From Halanaerobiales bacterium (GTDB taxonomy: Bacteria > Bacillota > Halanaerobiia > Halanaerobiales > M55B127): DNA of 64,000 nucleotides. Where the stretch lies: positions 71,511 through 135,510 of the forward strand of contig JAXHLT010000004.1 in NCBI GenBank assembly GCA_034521955.1, read 5' to 3'. The first letter of the stretch is position 1. Each line of letters starts with the position of its first letter. Below, piece by piece: positions 41,460-51,985 of the stretch. The translations under genes and the position numbers were made by a program. The notes beneath the pieces are model-generated. The model had not been told where the DNA came from. It searched no databases and saw only the letters and a list, made by a program, of their open reading frames with translations.

Positions 41460-43700
41460 ATGGTAAAGATGAAGTTCAAAAAAATTATACTAATCATACT
41501 ATTATTTTTAATATTATTAACAAACCAAATAGCAATTGCACAAGATTTACCTAAACTGTACATAAATGGACAAAATAAGACTGAAACACTTGACCCAATG
41601 AAGAGTAATGGGTCAGTATTAGTGCGCTCTAAAGCTCTGGCTGATAGTATTGGTGCAAAGTTAAATTGGTTAGGTTCTATTAATACATTATCAATGACTC
41701 GTGATGATAAAACGGTTAAAATGATGGTGGGAAGTCCGTATATTCAAATCAATAATAGGACCATAAGAACTGATTCACCTATGGTAATAAAAGATGGTTA
41801 TACATATATACCTTTTACTGGAATTATGGATGTATTTGGATTTTTAATAGAGTTTGAAAGAATAAGTAATACATATTTCTTGTTTAAGCCGGAAGCAACG
41901 CTTAATGAGATAAAATGGGGTCCAAACAGGGACTCCTTAGTAATAAAAATGGATGAGATTGCTCCTTATAGGTTAAGACTTACAGATGATCCCAAAAAGT
42001 TAATTATTGAAATAGAAAAAGCAGCTTTAAGTCCCAATTTTATTGATAATGTATCAGATCAAAACTACTATTTAAAAAGTAGAAGAATTGAAAATCAGGC
42101 TACATTACAGATTGTTTTAACAAGTAAATATCCAATACCAATAAATTCCGATGAAGTGATAGGTGAAGAAAACGGTAATCTGTTAATTAAATTTATGCCT
42201 CAGATTACTGCGGTTAATCTAAAAGATGATGGAACGGTAGAAGTTAAAGCCAATGGACAAATTAATAAACCAGAAGTTTCATTTCTAGAAAATCCGCGTC
42301 GGATGGTATTAGATATTTCTGATTTACTGTTAAGTGAGTTTGAAAAAAATATTGATGAAAATGAGTGGATAAAAGATGTTCGAGTAAGTCAGTTTCAGTT
42401 TGAACCAACAATATTAAGAGTTGTTTTAGACTTAAAAGAAGATAAATATCTAAATATAGATAATCAGGATAATATAAAAGATACAATAGTATTAAAACCG
42501 GCTCGTAGAGCTAGAGTATTTGATTTAGCTTATGAAGGCCATCAGATAATATTTAAAACAGATGCTCCAATTGAACCAGATATGTTTACCCTAGAAGATC
42601 CGAATCGCTTAGTTGTTAATCTCTTTAATACTTATCGGGAAGATAATATGGCAGATCAAATAGAAATTAAAGAAAATAATGTTAAAAAGCTGCGGGTGGG
42701 TAGATTTGATAGTCAGATTGTAAGGATTGTGGCTGATTTAAATGAACTTAATTCATATAAATGGGAACAAGAACAGTTCAGTAAAAACATATACATTCAC
42801 AGGATTAGTTTTGCTAATAAGTTTGATGATATTGAACTATTAGATCAAAACATGTATACCAATATTAATATAAATGTTAGTGGCAAGGTTGAATATGAGG
42901 TTAAAAAGTTTTCATATCCTCACCGCTTAGTTGTAGATATTAGTGGAGAAGAAATCACACCAGATGAAGTTGATATACCTGAAGTTGTAGGTATTATTAA
43001 GGAAATTAGAATGGGTAGATTTGAACTTGATGGTAATACTGTAACAAGAATTGTCTTTGAGTTAAAGGAGTACTATAACCATAATATAATATCAGAAAAT
43101 CCTGATAGTAAGATTAATATTGCTTTAGCTAAATCAGAAATTCAAAGCAAAAATAATATAATTGTTTTAGATGCTGGACATGGAGGATTTGATCCTGGAG
43201 CAGTAGGTATTAGAAACACAAAAGAAAAAGACGTCAATTTAAATATAGTTAAAAATCTTGCTGAAGTATTAAAAAACAGAGGATTTAAAGTACTTCTAAC
43301 AAGGGAAGATGACACCTTCATATCATTAAACCAAAGAGTAAAGTTTGCAAATAGTAATAATGCCAGGATATTTGTAAGTGTTCATAATAATTCATCTACT
43401 AAAAGAACATCTGAAGGAACCGAGACCTTTATAGCTCCAAATAAAAGCGGAGACAGTTTAATGTTAGCAGAAAATATACAGTCCGAACTCATAAAAAGTT
43501 TAGGGTTGTTTAATAGAGGAGTTAAAAAAGAGTACCTTTATGTTATAAGGTACACTGAAATGCCTGCTGTATTAGTTGAAGTTGCATTTTTATCAAATCC
43601 AAATGAACAAAAATTATTGACAGATGATGATTTTATTAAAAATACAGCAGATGCGATTAGTCAAGGTATATTTAATTATTTTGATAAATTTAAGGATTGA
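41460..43700 (+). CDS. N-acetylmuramoyl-L-alanine amidase (copper-amine-oxidase-N + multiple AMIN domains + Amidase_3)
   Basis: Repeated P.RLVVD AMIN motifs; LDAGHGGFDPGA, SVHNN, VLVEVAF. Confidence 0.92.
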   Translation: MVKMKFKKIILIILLFLILLTNQIAIAQDLPKLYINGQNKTETLDPMKSNGSVLVRSKALADSIGAKLNWLGSINTLSMTRDDKTVKMMVGSPYIQINNRTIRTDSPMVIKDGYTYIPFTGIMDVFGFLIEFERISNTYFLFKPEATLNEIKWGPNRDSLVIKMDEIAPYRLRLTDDPKKLIIEIEKAALSPNFIDNVSDQNYYLKSRRIENQATLQIVLTSKYPIPINSDEVIGEENGNLLIKFMPQITAVNLKDDGTVEVKANGQINKPEVSFLENPRRMVLDISDLLLSEFEKNIDENEWIKDVRVSQFQFEPTILRVVLDLKEDKYLNIDNQDNIKDTIVLKPARRARVFDLAYEGHQIIFKTDAPIEPDMFTLEDPNRLVVNLFNTYREDNMADQIEIKENNVKKLRVGRFDSQIVRIVADLNELNSYKWEQEQFSKNIYIHRISFANKFDDIELLDQNMYTNININVSGKVEYEVKKFSYPHRLVVDISGEEITPDEVDIPEVVGIIKEIRMGRFELDGNTVTRIVFELKEYYNHNIISENPDSKINIALAKSEIQSKNNIIVLDAGHGGFDPGAVGIRNTKEKDVNLNIVKNLAEVLKNRGFKVLLTREDDTFISLNQRVKFANSNNARIFVSVHNNSSTKRTSEGTETFIAPNKSGDSLMLAENIQSELIKSLGLFNRGVKKEYLYVIRYTEMPAVLVEVAFLSNPNEQKLLTDDDFIKNTADAISQGIFNYFDKFKD

Positions 43701-43714
43701 GGTGTGATCTTCAA

Positions 43715-44221
43715 ATGAAAAACAAGTTATTTAAACCTATCATACTTATAATAATCTTTGTTTTGATAATAATTGCTGCATATTATTTAATCTTAAATTC
43801 AAATCTGTTAGTTAAAGAAAAAGATGTAAAACTATATTTTGCAACCAGTGATGCTATGTATTTGGATACAGAAGATAGAAATGTTAAGGGAAGAAATATA
43901 TATTTAGAAACAGTAAATGCTTTAATAACAGGACCTATAACTTCTGATTTAACCAAAACTATACCAGATGGTGTAGAAGTTTTGAACATTTCTAAAAAAA
44001 GTGATACAATACAAGTTGATTTTAGTGAAGAAATTGTATCAAATCACTGGGGAGGTTCATCAGGAGAAATTTTAACTGTTTATTCGATAGTAAATACTTT
44101 AACACAGTTTGAAGAAATAAATGAAGTTAAAATACTAGTCGGAGGAAAAGAAGTAGAAACTTTAGCTGGTCATATGGACTTAAGTGTACCGATTGAATCA
44201 AACCAGGATATAATAAAATAA
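43715..44221 (+). CDS. GerMN-domain protein
   Basis: LYF, LITGP, VDFS, VYSIVNTLTQF, GHMDL motifs. Confidence 0.88.
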   Translation: MKNKLFKPIILIIIFVLIIIAAYYLILNSNLLVKEKDVKLYFATSDAMYLDTEDRNVKGRNIYLETVNALITGPITSDLTKTIPDGVEVLNISKKSDTIQVDFSEEIVSNHWGGSSGEILTVYSIVNTLTQFEEINEVKILVGGKEVETLAGHMDLSVPIESNQDIIK

Positions 44222-44251
44222 ACTTGTAATATATATTTCAGGAGTGAAAAA

Positions 44252-45085
44252 ATGAAAAAATCAAAAAGAGCAATTGGAATGTTGGATTCAGGTGTTGGTG
44301 GATTAACGGTTGCAAAACAGATTATGAAAACAATGCCTGCAGAAAAGATTATCTATTTTGGTGATACACTTCACTTACCTTATGGTCCAAAACCTAAAAA
44401 AGAGGTAAGTACATATGTAGATAAGATTATTAAGTATTTTGAAAGCAGAAATGTAAAAACAATAATTTTAGCCTGTAATACTGCAACATCCATGTTACTT
44501 AAAGACTTGAGAAAGAAATTAAATCTGCCCATGTTTGGCACTATTGACGGTGTAGCATATACAGTCAATAAAATTAGTGCAAATAAAAAGGTAGGTATAA
44601 TTGGAACTCAGGGGACAATAAATAGTGGAGCCTATCAAGATGCCTTAAAAAAAGAAAGCACTGATTTTATAGTCCATGCTAAAGCATGTCCGGAATTTGT
44701 AGGTTTAGTTGAAAATGGTAAATTTGATGGTAGTGAAGTTGAAATGACTATTAAAAAATATCTTTTACCATTAAAAGAAAAAGGAATTGATTCTTTAATT
44801 TTAGGATGTACCCATTATCCCTATTTAATACCAGTTATTAAGAAAGTACTTGGAGATCAAATTAAGTTAATTAATCCTGCTGAGACTATGGCTGAAAAAG
44901 CAAAAAATATTCTCGCAGTTAGGGGAATGATCAGTGGTAAACACGAACAACCGATAGATTTTAATGAACATGAGTTTTATGTAAGTGATCTTAATAAATT
45001 ATCTCATGAATTTTTAGATAGAGGAACTGAATTCTTAAATTTACCTCATCTAATCTTTGATGAACTTGATATATTTACAGAATAA
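44252..45085 (+). CDS. murI: Glutamate racemase
   Basis: DSGVGGLTV, PYG, ACNTA, LGCTHYP motifs. Confidence 0.97.
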   Translation: MKKSKRAIGMLDSGVGGLTVAKQIMKTMPAEKIIYFGDTLHLPYGPKPKKEVSTYVDKIIKYFESRNVKTIILACNTATSMLLKDLRKKLNLPMFGTIDGVAYTVNKISANKKVGIIGTQGTINSGAYQDALKKESTDFIVHAKACPEFVGLVENGKFDGSEVEMTIKKYLLPLKEKGIDSLILGCTHYPYLIPVIKKVLGDQIKLINPAETMAEKAKNILAVRGMISGKHEQPIDFNEHEFYVSDLNKLSHEFLDRGTEFLNLPHLIFDELDIFTE

Positions 45086-45116
45086 GAAATATATAGTTAA
45101 AGTGAGTGGATAACTG

Positions 45117-45890
45117 ATGAGTAATAAAGGTATAATTAAATCTGTACAAAAAAGTTTAAAAGTTTTAAAGTATATTATGGCTTCATCTGATGAAGTCTCT
45201 GTAAATGAATTGGTAGAAGAATTCGGTTATAATAGAAGTACAATACATCATATGTTAAAAACTATGAAATTAGAAGGTTTTTTATCACAAAACCATCAGA
45301 GTAAAAATTATAATATTGGTTCTGAAATTTTTAATGGTTGGATTAAAGATAGAGATATGCATAATTATCTGATGAGATTAAAACCTTCTATTAAAGAAAT
45401 AGTAAGCCGATGTAAAGAAACAACCACTATGTTTGTAAGAGAAAATGATAAAGCAATTTGTGTTATTGGTGAAGAATCAGAACAGATTATTAAGGCATAT
45501 CTTATGATCGGACGTGAAATACCTTTGTACTGTACAGCAGCAGGTAGGTCAATGTTGGCATATTTACCAAGAGAAGAAGTAGAAAAGATATTACATATTA
45601 CAGGTATGAAAAAATATATGAAAAAGACTACTGTTGATAAAGATAAGCTATTTAAGGAACTAGAAGAGATAAGAAAAAAAGGTTATGCTGTTGAGAAAGA
45701 AGAGTTTGAAGAGTTGATTAATGCAATCGGAATACCTGTTTTAAATAAATATAATGAACCTGTAGCAGCAGTATCAGTAGTTGGTCCAATAATGAGGTTT
45801 ACAGATGAGAAAATTAACGAGTGTATTCCATTTCTTTTAGAAAAATCAAAAGAGATGAGCAGTATAGTGCGGGGAGAGTATTATAAGTAA
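45117..45890 (+). CDS. IclR-family transcriptional regulator
   Basis: N-terminal HTH; PLYCTAAGR, GYA...E motifs. Confidence 0.92.
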   Translation: MSNKGIIKSVQKSLKVLKYIMASSDEVSVNELVEEFGYNRSTIHHMLKTMKLEGFLSQNHQSKNYNIGSEIFNGWIKDRDMHNYLMRLKPSIKEIVSRCKETTTMFVRENDKAICVIGEESEQIIKAYLMIGREIPLYCTAAGRSMLAYLPREEVEKILHITGMKKYMKKTTVDKDKLFKELEEIRKKGYAVEKEEFEELINAIGIPVLNKYNEPVAAVSVVGPIMRFTDEKINECIPFLLEKSKEMSSIVRGEYYK

Positions 45891-46067
45891 GTTATAGTAC
45901 ATAAAAAAATTAAATTTTACTATTAAGAGAGAGGTCTTTAAAGGCTTCTCTCTTTTTTGTATTTAACCCACAAAACAAAGAGCAATAAATTTGTATAATA
46001 TTCATAAAAGGATATTTGCTACTAAACAAGAATTAGTAAAGTAGTTGTTCATCTAATAAATGTTTAT

Positions 46068-46080
46068 TTCATATTATGAA
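46068..46080. promoter_or_regulatory. Putative IclR operator upstream of codB
   Basis: Perfect palindrome TTCATA-T-TATGAA, downstream of a SigH-like AGGA-17-GAAT promoter (46009-46033). Confidence 0.5.
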
Positions 46081-46227
46081 CAATATACGTTGTTTTATAT
46101 AATAATGCTAATTTTTAGAAAATTTATATATTTTAAAGTATTACTATAAGGAAAGGGGGTTCAATCAATAAAAGTAAATTTGCTTTAATAACTATAAAAA
46201 ATATTTACAAGGAGGAATTATCTGAGT

Positions 46228-47538
46228 ATGGAGAAAAAAGATTTGGATTTAGAATTTGATCGTGATTATCCGTTAACTCATGTTCCTAAGACAGCTAGAG
46301 TTAGTATTGTTTCTATAAGTGCAGTATTATTAGGATTTACATTTTTTACACCTACTATGTTAGCAGGTTCTGAAATTGGTATTTCTTTCAGTCTTTGGCC
46401 TGACTTCTTTTATATTTTATTAGCTGGTAGTGCAATTTTAGGTGTTTATGTTGCAATTCTTTCTATTATAGGTGCTCGAACAGGTTTGACTACAGTATTA
46501 TTAAGTAAATACACATTAGGTAAAGCTGGTGCTAAATGGGCTGATATCTTACTGGGTGGTACTCAAATAGGATGGTATGCTGTTGCAGTTGCCACAATGG
46601 CTCATATGTTTACTAGGGCATTAGGATGGGAAGCATATTTGATTCCCTTAATGATTGTATTTAGTATTATGATGGGTATAACTGCATACTATGGTTACAA
46701 AGGAATGGAACTTTTAAGTTATATTTCAGTTCCACTTCTATTAGTATTAGGTATTTGGGTAACATTAAAGGCAGCAGGAGATGCAGGTGGTTGGGGAGCG
46801 TTAGCATCAATTGAACCAACCGGTACAATGACAATTGCCACTGCTATTACTGCTATTGTTGGTACATTTGCCAGTGGTGGTACTCAGGCTCCAAACTGGA
46901 CAAGATTTGCTAAAAATGCGAAGGTAGCTTTTTGGGCTGCTTTAATTGCTTTCCTACTTGGAAATGGAATTATGTTGTTCTTTGGTGCTGTTGGTGCAAT
47001 TTCTTATCAAATTCCTGATTTTGTTGAAGTTCTTTATAGTATGGGCTTGATCTTTTGGGGTATTGTTTTCTTAGCCTTGAACTTATGGACCACTAATGAC
47101 AATGCTGCATATGCATTTGGTGTTGCAGGTGCAGAAATGTTTAATATAAATAACAAAAGACCTTTTGTTATTGGTGGAGTAATAATTGCTACAATTTTAG
47201 CTATAACAGGTATATATAATCATATAATCGTATATTTAAGTGGATTAGGTATTTTCATTCCACCTTTAGGTGGGGTAATTATAGGTGACTACTTCTTTGT
47301 TTGGAAGTCTAAGATTCCAAGAATGGAAAATGTTGAATTTCCAAAAGTACGCTGGAGTGCTGTAATTAGTTACTTATTAGGTACTCTTGCAGCATACTTA
47401 GGAAGCACAACTGGAATAGGTATTGCTCCTTTAAATGGTATTATTGTTGCAGCAGTACTTATGCCTATTTTATCTAATATATTTAAAAGTATGGGAATAG
47501 AACAAATGCCTGAAGTGATTGAAGAAGAGACTGCTTAA
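46228..47538 (+). CDS. codB: Cytosine permease (NCS1 family)
   Basis: GFTFFTPTMLAG, TQIGWY, LNLWTTNDN motifs. Confidence 0.88.
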   Translation: MEKKDLDLEFDRDYPLTHVPKTARVSIVSISAVLLGFTFFTPTMLAGSEIGISFSLWPDFFYILLAGSAILGVYVAILSIIGARTGLTTVLLSKYTLGKAGAKWADILLGGTQIGWYAVAVATMAHMFTRALGWEAYLIPLMIVFSIMMGITAYYGYKGMELLSYISVPLLLVLGIWVTLKAAGDAGGWGALASIEPTGTMTIATAITAIVGTFASGGTQAPNWTRFAKNAKVAFWAALIAFLLGNGIMLFFGAVGAISYQIPDFVEVLYSMGLIFWGIVFLALNLWTTNDNAAYAFGVAGAEMFNINNKRPFVIGGVIIATILAITGIYNHIIVYLSGLGIFIPPLGGVIIGDYFFVWKSKIPRMENVEFPKVRWSAVISYLLGTLAAYLGSTTGIGIAPLNGIIVAAVLMPILSNIFKSMGIEQMPEVIEEETA

Positions 47539-47559
47539 TTTTTTAGGAGGTATATAATA

Positions 47560-48798
47560 ATGGATCTATTAGTTAAAAATACTCGTTTAAAAAAACAGGA
47601 TAAACTACAGGATATCTTAATAGATGATGGCAAGATCGTAAAGATCGCTGAAAAGATTGATCAAGGGGCAGATAAAATAATAGATGCAGAGGGCAACTTT
47701 GTTGCCCCTGCTCTTATTGAACCCCATATTCATCTAGATAAGATATTTATTTTAGATGTAGTTCGTTCTAATCAAACGGGTACTTTAAAAGAAGCTATTG
47801 AAATTGGATGGGAAAAGAAAAAAGAATATACTATTGAAGATATTGTAGATAGAGCGGGTAAAGCGATTAAATTAGCCGCTAAAAATGGTACAACAAGAAT
47901 GAGAACACATGTAGATGTTGATACAGTTGGTGGACTTACACCCCTTAAGGGTATTGTTGAAGCAAAGAAAAAATATTCAGATATCATGGACATTGAAATT
48001 ATATCATTTCCTCAAGAAGGAATTATTCAAGATCCCGGTGCAGAAGAATTAATGTGGGAAGCAATGGAAAATGGAGCAGAAATAGTTGGTGGTATGCCGG
48101 CAAATGAGAAGACTCCTGAAGATAGTAAAAGACATATTGAAATTGCATTTGAAATTGCAAAAAAATATGATGCTGATATAGATATGCATATTGATGAAAC
48201 AGACGATCCTTTCTACCGTACTTTAGAAATGTTAGCAGATCAAACTATTGAAAATGGTTGGGAAGGTAGAGTAACTGCAGGTCATACCTGTGCATTAGCT
48301 GCATATGATGATCATTATGCAGAATATGTAATGGATAAAGTAAAAAAGGCTGAAATAAATGTTATTACAAATCCAGTAACAAACTTAATGTTACAGGGGC
48401 GTGACGATAAACAGCCTAAAAGAAGAGGTATTACAAGAGTAAAAGAGCTTCTTGACAGAGGAGTTAATATGAGTTATGGTCAGGACTGTGTAAAGGATAC
48501 ATTTTATCCGTTCGGCCAATGTGACCTTATGGAAGTTGGATTAGTTGCAGCTCATGCAGCACATATGAGTTTACCAGAAGAGATTGAAGAAGTCTTTAAT
48601 ATGGCAACATATAATGCTGCTAAGATTTTAAGACTTGACGATTATGGTATAATAGAAGGGAACAGAGCAGATTTAGTTGTATTTGATACTGATAATGCTA
48701 TAGATGCAATTAGATTACATCCGGCTAGAAGGTTTGTTATCAAAGAAGGTAAAGTTATTGCAGAAAGTTCAACACAGTCTAAACTATATAGAGGGTGA
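47560..48798 (+). CDS. codA: Cytosine deaminase-like amidohydrolase
   Basis: EPHIHLDK, RTHVD, FPQEG, HIDETDD, GH, GQDC metal-binding motifs. Confidence 0.85.
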   Translation: MDLLVKNTRLKKQDKLQDILIDDGKIVKIAEKIDQGADKIIDAEGNFVAPALIEPHIHLDKIFILDVVRSNQTGTLKEAIEIGWEKKKEYTIEDIVDRAGKAIKLAAKNGTTRMRTHVDVDTVGGLTPLKGIVEAKKKYSDIMDIEIISFPQEGIIQDPGAEELMWEAMENGAEIVGGMPANEKTPEDSKRHIEIAFEIAKKYDADIDMHIDETDDPFYRTLEMLADQTIENGWEGRVTAGHTCALAAYDDHYAEYVMDKVKKAEINVITNPVTNLMLQGRDDKQPKRRGITRVKELLDRGVNMSYGQDCVKDTFYPFGQCDLMEVGLVAAHAAHMSLPEEIEEVFNMATYNAAKILRLDDYGIIEGNRADLVVFDTDNAIDAIRLHPARRFVIKEGKVIAESSTQSKLYRG

Positions 48799-48804
48799 AA
48801 AATT

Positions 48805-51135
48805 ATGGTTGATATACCGCAAGCAGAAAAAAGATTAGATTTAGATAAAAAAACATCAGGTGAAGCAGAATTTATTGATGATTTATCATTTCCAGGTATG
48901 TTACATGCTTTAGTTTTGCGTTCACCTCATGCACATGCAGAGATAGTTGATATTGATCTTAAAAAAGCATTAGAAGTTGAAGGTATAGAAAAAATAGTTA
49001 CTGGTCAGGACATTACTGATGAGATTATAAATATTGATATTGGTGACCACAGACCGATAGCAGTGGATAAAGTAAGATTTCACGGTGAACCGGTTGCAGT
49101 GGTTTTATCAGAAGATAAATGGAAAGCAAAAAAAGCATTAGATTTAATTGAAGTTGAGTATAAGCCGCTTAAGGCTGTTTTAAAAGCTAAAGAAGCTGTT
49201 AAAGAAGATGCTCCTTTAATACATGAAAACCAAGAAGAATATGATAGACACATGGATACAAACTACCATAAAAATTCTAACATTTTTAGACATTATAAAC
49301 TTCGCAAAGGTAATTTAGAGGAAGCTTTTAAAAAAGCAGATAAGATAATTGAAAACACTTATGACTATCCTCAAAGGTCACATACTCAAATGGAACCCCA
49401 TGGAGCAATTGCAAAATGGTATTCAGATCAAGAAATGGTTATGTATGCAAGCACACAGTCACCATTTTTTGTAAGGACAGCAATTGCAGATATGTTTAAA
49501 CTTGATGCTCCTAAAATAACCGTTAAATCTGGTTATTTAGGTGGAGGCTTTGGTGGTAAATCCGATGTTTCAATTGAACCACTAACTGCTTTTGTTGCTA
49601 AGTTTGTTCCCAATAGATATGTGAAACTAAGGTTAAGTAGGGAAGGCGCATTTTATGCCTCCCTTATTGCAAGAGGTGGAGAAGTAGATCTTAAAACTGC
49701 GGTTACAAACGATGGTAAGATTTTAGGTGAAAAAGTAAATATTTACTTTAGTTCAGGTGCATATGGTTCAACTTCGGTTCACATTGTAACAGCTGGTGGA
49801 CACAATAGTTCAGGACCTTATGAAATTGATAATATGGAAGTTGATTCTTATGGAGTTTATACTAATACACCTCCTGTAGGTGCTTTTAGAGGCTATTCAC
49901 ATCCTGAGGTGCACTGGGCTAAAGAAAGACAGATGCATATTATTGCAAAAGAACTCGGAATTGATGAACATGAACTACGTTTAAAAAACATGTTAAGACC
50001 AGGATCAATTAATGCTTTAGGCCAGGAAATTGAAGAAAGTGATGGCGACCTTATAGGTTGTTATAAAAAAATAAGGGATAGACTTGAAGAAATAGAAATA
50101 GATAAAAAACCTAATAAAGTATATGGTAAAGGAATTGCAGCAATGATGAAATCTCCAGTAATGGCTACTAATTCAGCAGCTTCAGCAACTTTAAGATTTA
50201 ACGAGGATGGTACTTGTGATTTAGCTGCTAGTGGTTCAGAAATGGGACAGGGTACAAAAACTGCAATGAAACAGATTGCCGCTGCAGCCTTAAAGTTACC
50301 ATTAGAAAAAATAAAGATAAAAGAAGATATAAGTACAGACAATTCTCCTTACGGTTGGCAGACAATCGGAAGTACAACAACCTGGAAAGCGGGAAGAGCT
50401 GTAATAGATGCAGTTGAAAAAGCAATCGATAAACTAAAAGAAAATGCTGCCTTAGTACTTGAAGTTGATAAAGATGACTTAGAATACCAGGGTGAAAAAG
50501 TAGTTTATAAAAAAGATGAGAGTAAGTATATAGAAACTGACAAGATTTGTTTTGGTCACTTAGCTGATAATGGTCTTGTAACAGGTGAACCTGTACAGAC
50601 TTATGGAACTTATGTACCAAAAGATTTAACCTATACTGATCCAGAAACAGGACAAGGTAATGCAGCAGCAGAATACACTTACGGAGCCCAAGGAGTAGTT
50701 GTTGAAATTGATATAGAAACCGGTGAACTTAAATTGCTTAATATGATGATGGCAATTGATGCCGGTAAAGTAATTAGTCCTCAAATGGCTAGAGGTCAGA
50801 TTGTAGGTGGAATGGTTCAAGAAATGGGTGGAGCTTTAAATGAGGAATTAAGGTATGGTAAAGAAGGTAAAATGCGTAATAACAGTTTTACAGATTATAA
50901 GATACCTACTCCACTTGATCTATATGATACAAAATTTGATGTATACTTTTTTGAAACTCCTGAACCGATTGGACCATTTGGTGCAAGAGGTATTGCTGAA
51001 CACGGTACAGTTGGTATAACACCAGCTTTCGGTAATGCGATTAGTAATGCATTAGGAATTGAAATATTTGATCTACCACTAACTAGAGAAAAAATATTTT
51101 TAAATATGGATAAAGAAGGTGATCTTGATGTTTAG
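48805..51135 (+). CDS. Xanthine-dehydrogenase-family molybdopterin-binding subunit
   Basis: STQ, GGGFGGK, AFRG, EMGQG, GPFGARGIAE motifs. Confidence 0.93.
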   Translation: MVDIPQAEKRLDLDKKTSGEAEFIDDLSFPGMLHALVLRSPHAHAEIVDIDLKKALEVEGIEKIVTGQDITDEIINIDIGDHRPIAVDKVRFHGEPVAVVLSEDKWKAKKALDLIEVEYKPLKAVLKAKEAVKEDAPLIHENQEEYDRHMDTNYHKNSNIFRHYKLRKGNLEEAFKKADKIIENTYDYPQRSHTQMEPHGAIAKWYSDQEMVMYASTQSPFFVRTAIADMFKLDAPKITVKSGYLGGGFGGKSDVSIEPLTAFVAKFVPNRYVKLRLSREGAFYASLIARGGEVDLKTAVTNDGKILGEKVNIYFSSGAYGSTSVHIVTAGGHNSSGPYEIDNMEVDSYGVYTNTPPVGAFRGYSHPEVHWAKERQMHIIAKELGIDEHELRLKNMLRPGSINALGQEIEESDGDLIGCYKKIRDRLEEIEIDKKPNKVYGKGIAAMMKSPVMATNSAASATLRFNEDGTCDLAASGSEMGQGTKTAMKQIAAAALKLPLEKIKIKEDISTDNSPYGWQTIGSTTTWKAGRAVIDAVEKAIDKLKENAALVLEVDKDDLEYQGEKVVYKKDESKYIETDKICFGHLADNGLVTGEPVQTYGTYVPKDLTYTDPETGQGNAAAEYTYGAQGVVVEIDIETGELKLLNMMMAIDAGKVISPQMARGQIVGGMVQEMGGALNEELRYGKEGKMRNNSFTDYKIPTPLDLYDTKFDVYFFETPEPIGPFGARGIAEHGTVGITPAFGNAISNALGIEIFDLPLTREKIFLNMDKEGDLDV

Positions 51136-51985
51136 TCCTTTCGAGTATGTAAAAGCTGAAAACTTAGAAGAAGTATTTGAACTATTAGATAAAAATGATG
51201 ATGCACAAATTATAGCTGGAGGTACAGACTTATTAGTAAAACTAAGAGAAGCTAAAAGTTCACCTGAAACTTTGATAGATATTAAAGGATTAGAAGAGTT
51301 AAAAGGAATCAAAAAAGAAGGAAACAAAGTTAAAATTGGTGCTCTAACAACTATTACTGAACTTAAAAACAGTGAACTTATCAAAAATGAGCTTTTTTCA
51401 CTATATCAAGCTGCCAGTGAATTTGGCTGCTATGAAATTAGAAATAGAGCTACAATTGGAGGAAATATTGTCCACGCTTCACCAGGTGCAGAGTTTGGTG
51501 TAACAGTATTTGCATTAGATGCTAAGGTAGAAGTAGTTGGTCAAGATGGTATAAAAGAATATCCAATAGATGAATTTTGGTATGATGTAGGTAAAGTTAA
51601 ACTGAAAAATGAATTATTAAAAAGTATAATAATTGATATAGAAGAAAATACAAAAAGCAGTTATCACAGATTAAGTAGAGTTGACGGTATGGATTTAGCA
51701 GTTGTAAATACTGCTTTAGCTAAAAAAAGTGATGGTAGTTATAAATCATACTTTGGAACAGTTGCCAGAACTCCATATAGAAATGAAGAAATTGATCAAT
51801 TATTAAATGATAATAATTACACTAATGAAACCTTTAAAGAAATACAAAAAATAGTTGATGAAAATGTATCACCTCGTGCAAGTAGTCTTAGAGCAAGTCC
51901 AGAGTATAAAAAGAAAATGGTTGTAAGTTTATTGAAAAGATGTCTCAGAGATATCGGTGAACTTGGAGATGATATAGATGGCTAA
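51128..51985 (+). CDS. Xanthine-dehydrogenase-family FAD-binding subunit
   Basis: AGGTDL, IRNRATIGGN motifs. Confidence 0.93.
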   Translation: MFSPFEYVKAENLEEVFELLDKNDDAQIIAGGTDLLVKLREAKSSPETLIDIKGLEELKGIKKEGNKVKIGALTTITELKNSELIKNELFSLYQAASEFGCYEIRNRATIGGNIVHASPGAEFGVTVFALDAKVEVVGQDGIKEYPIDEFWYDVGKVKLKNELLKSIIIDIEENTKSSYHRLSRVDGMDLAVVNTALAKKSDGSYKSYFGTVARTPYRNEEIDQLLNDNNYTNETFKEIQKIVDENVSPRASSLRASPEYKKKMVVSLLKRCLRDIGELGDDIDG

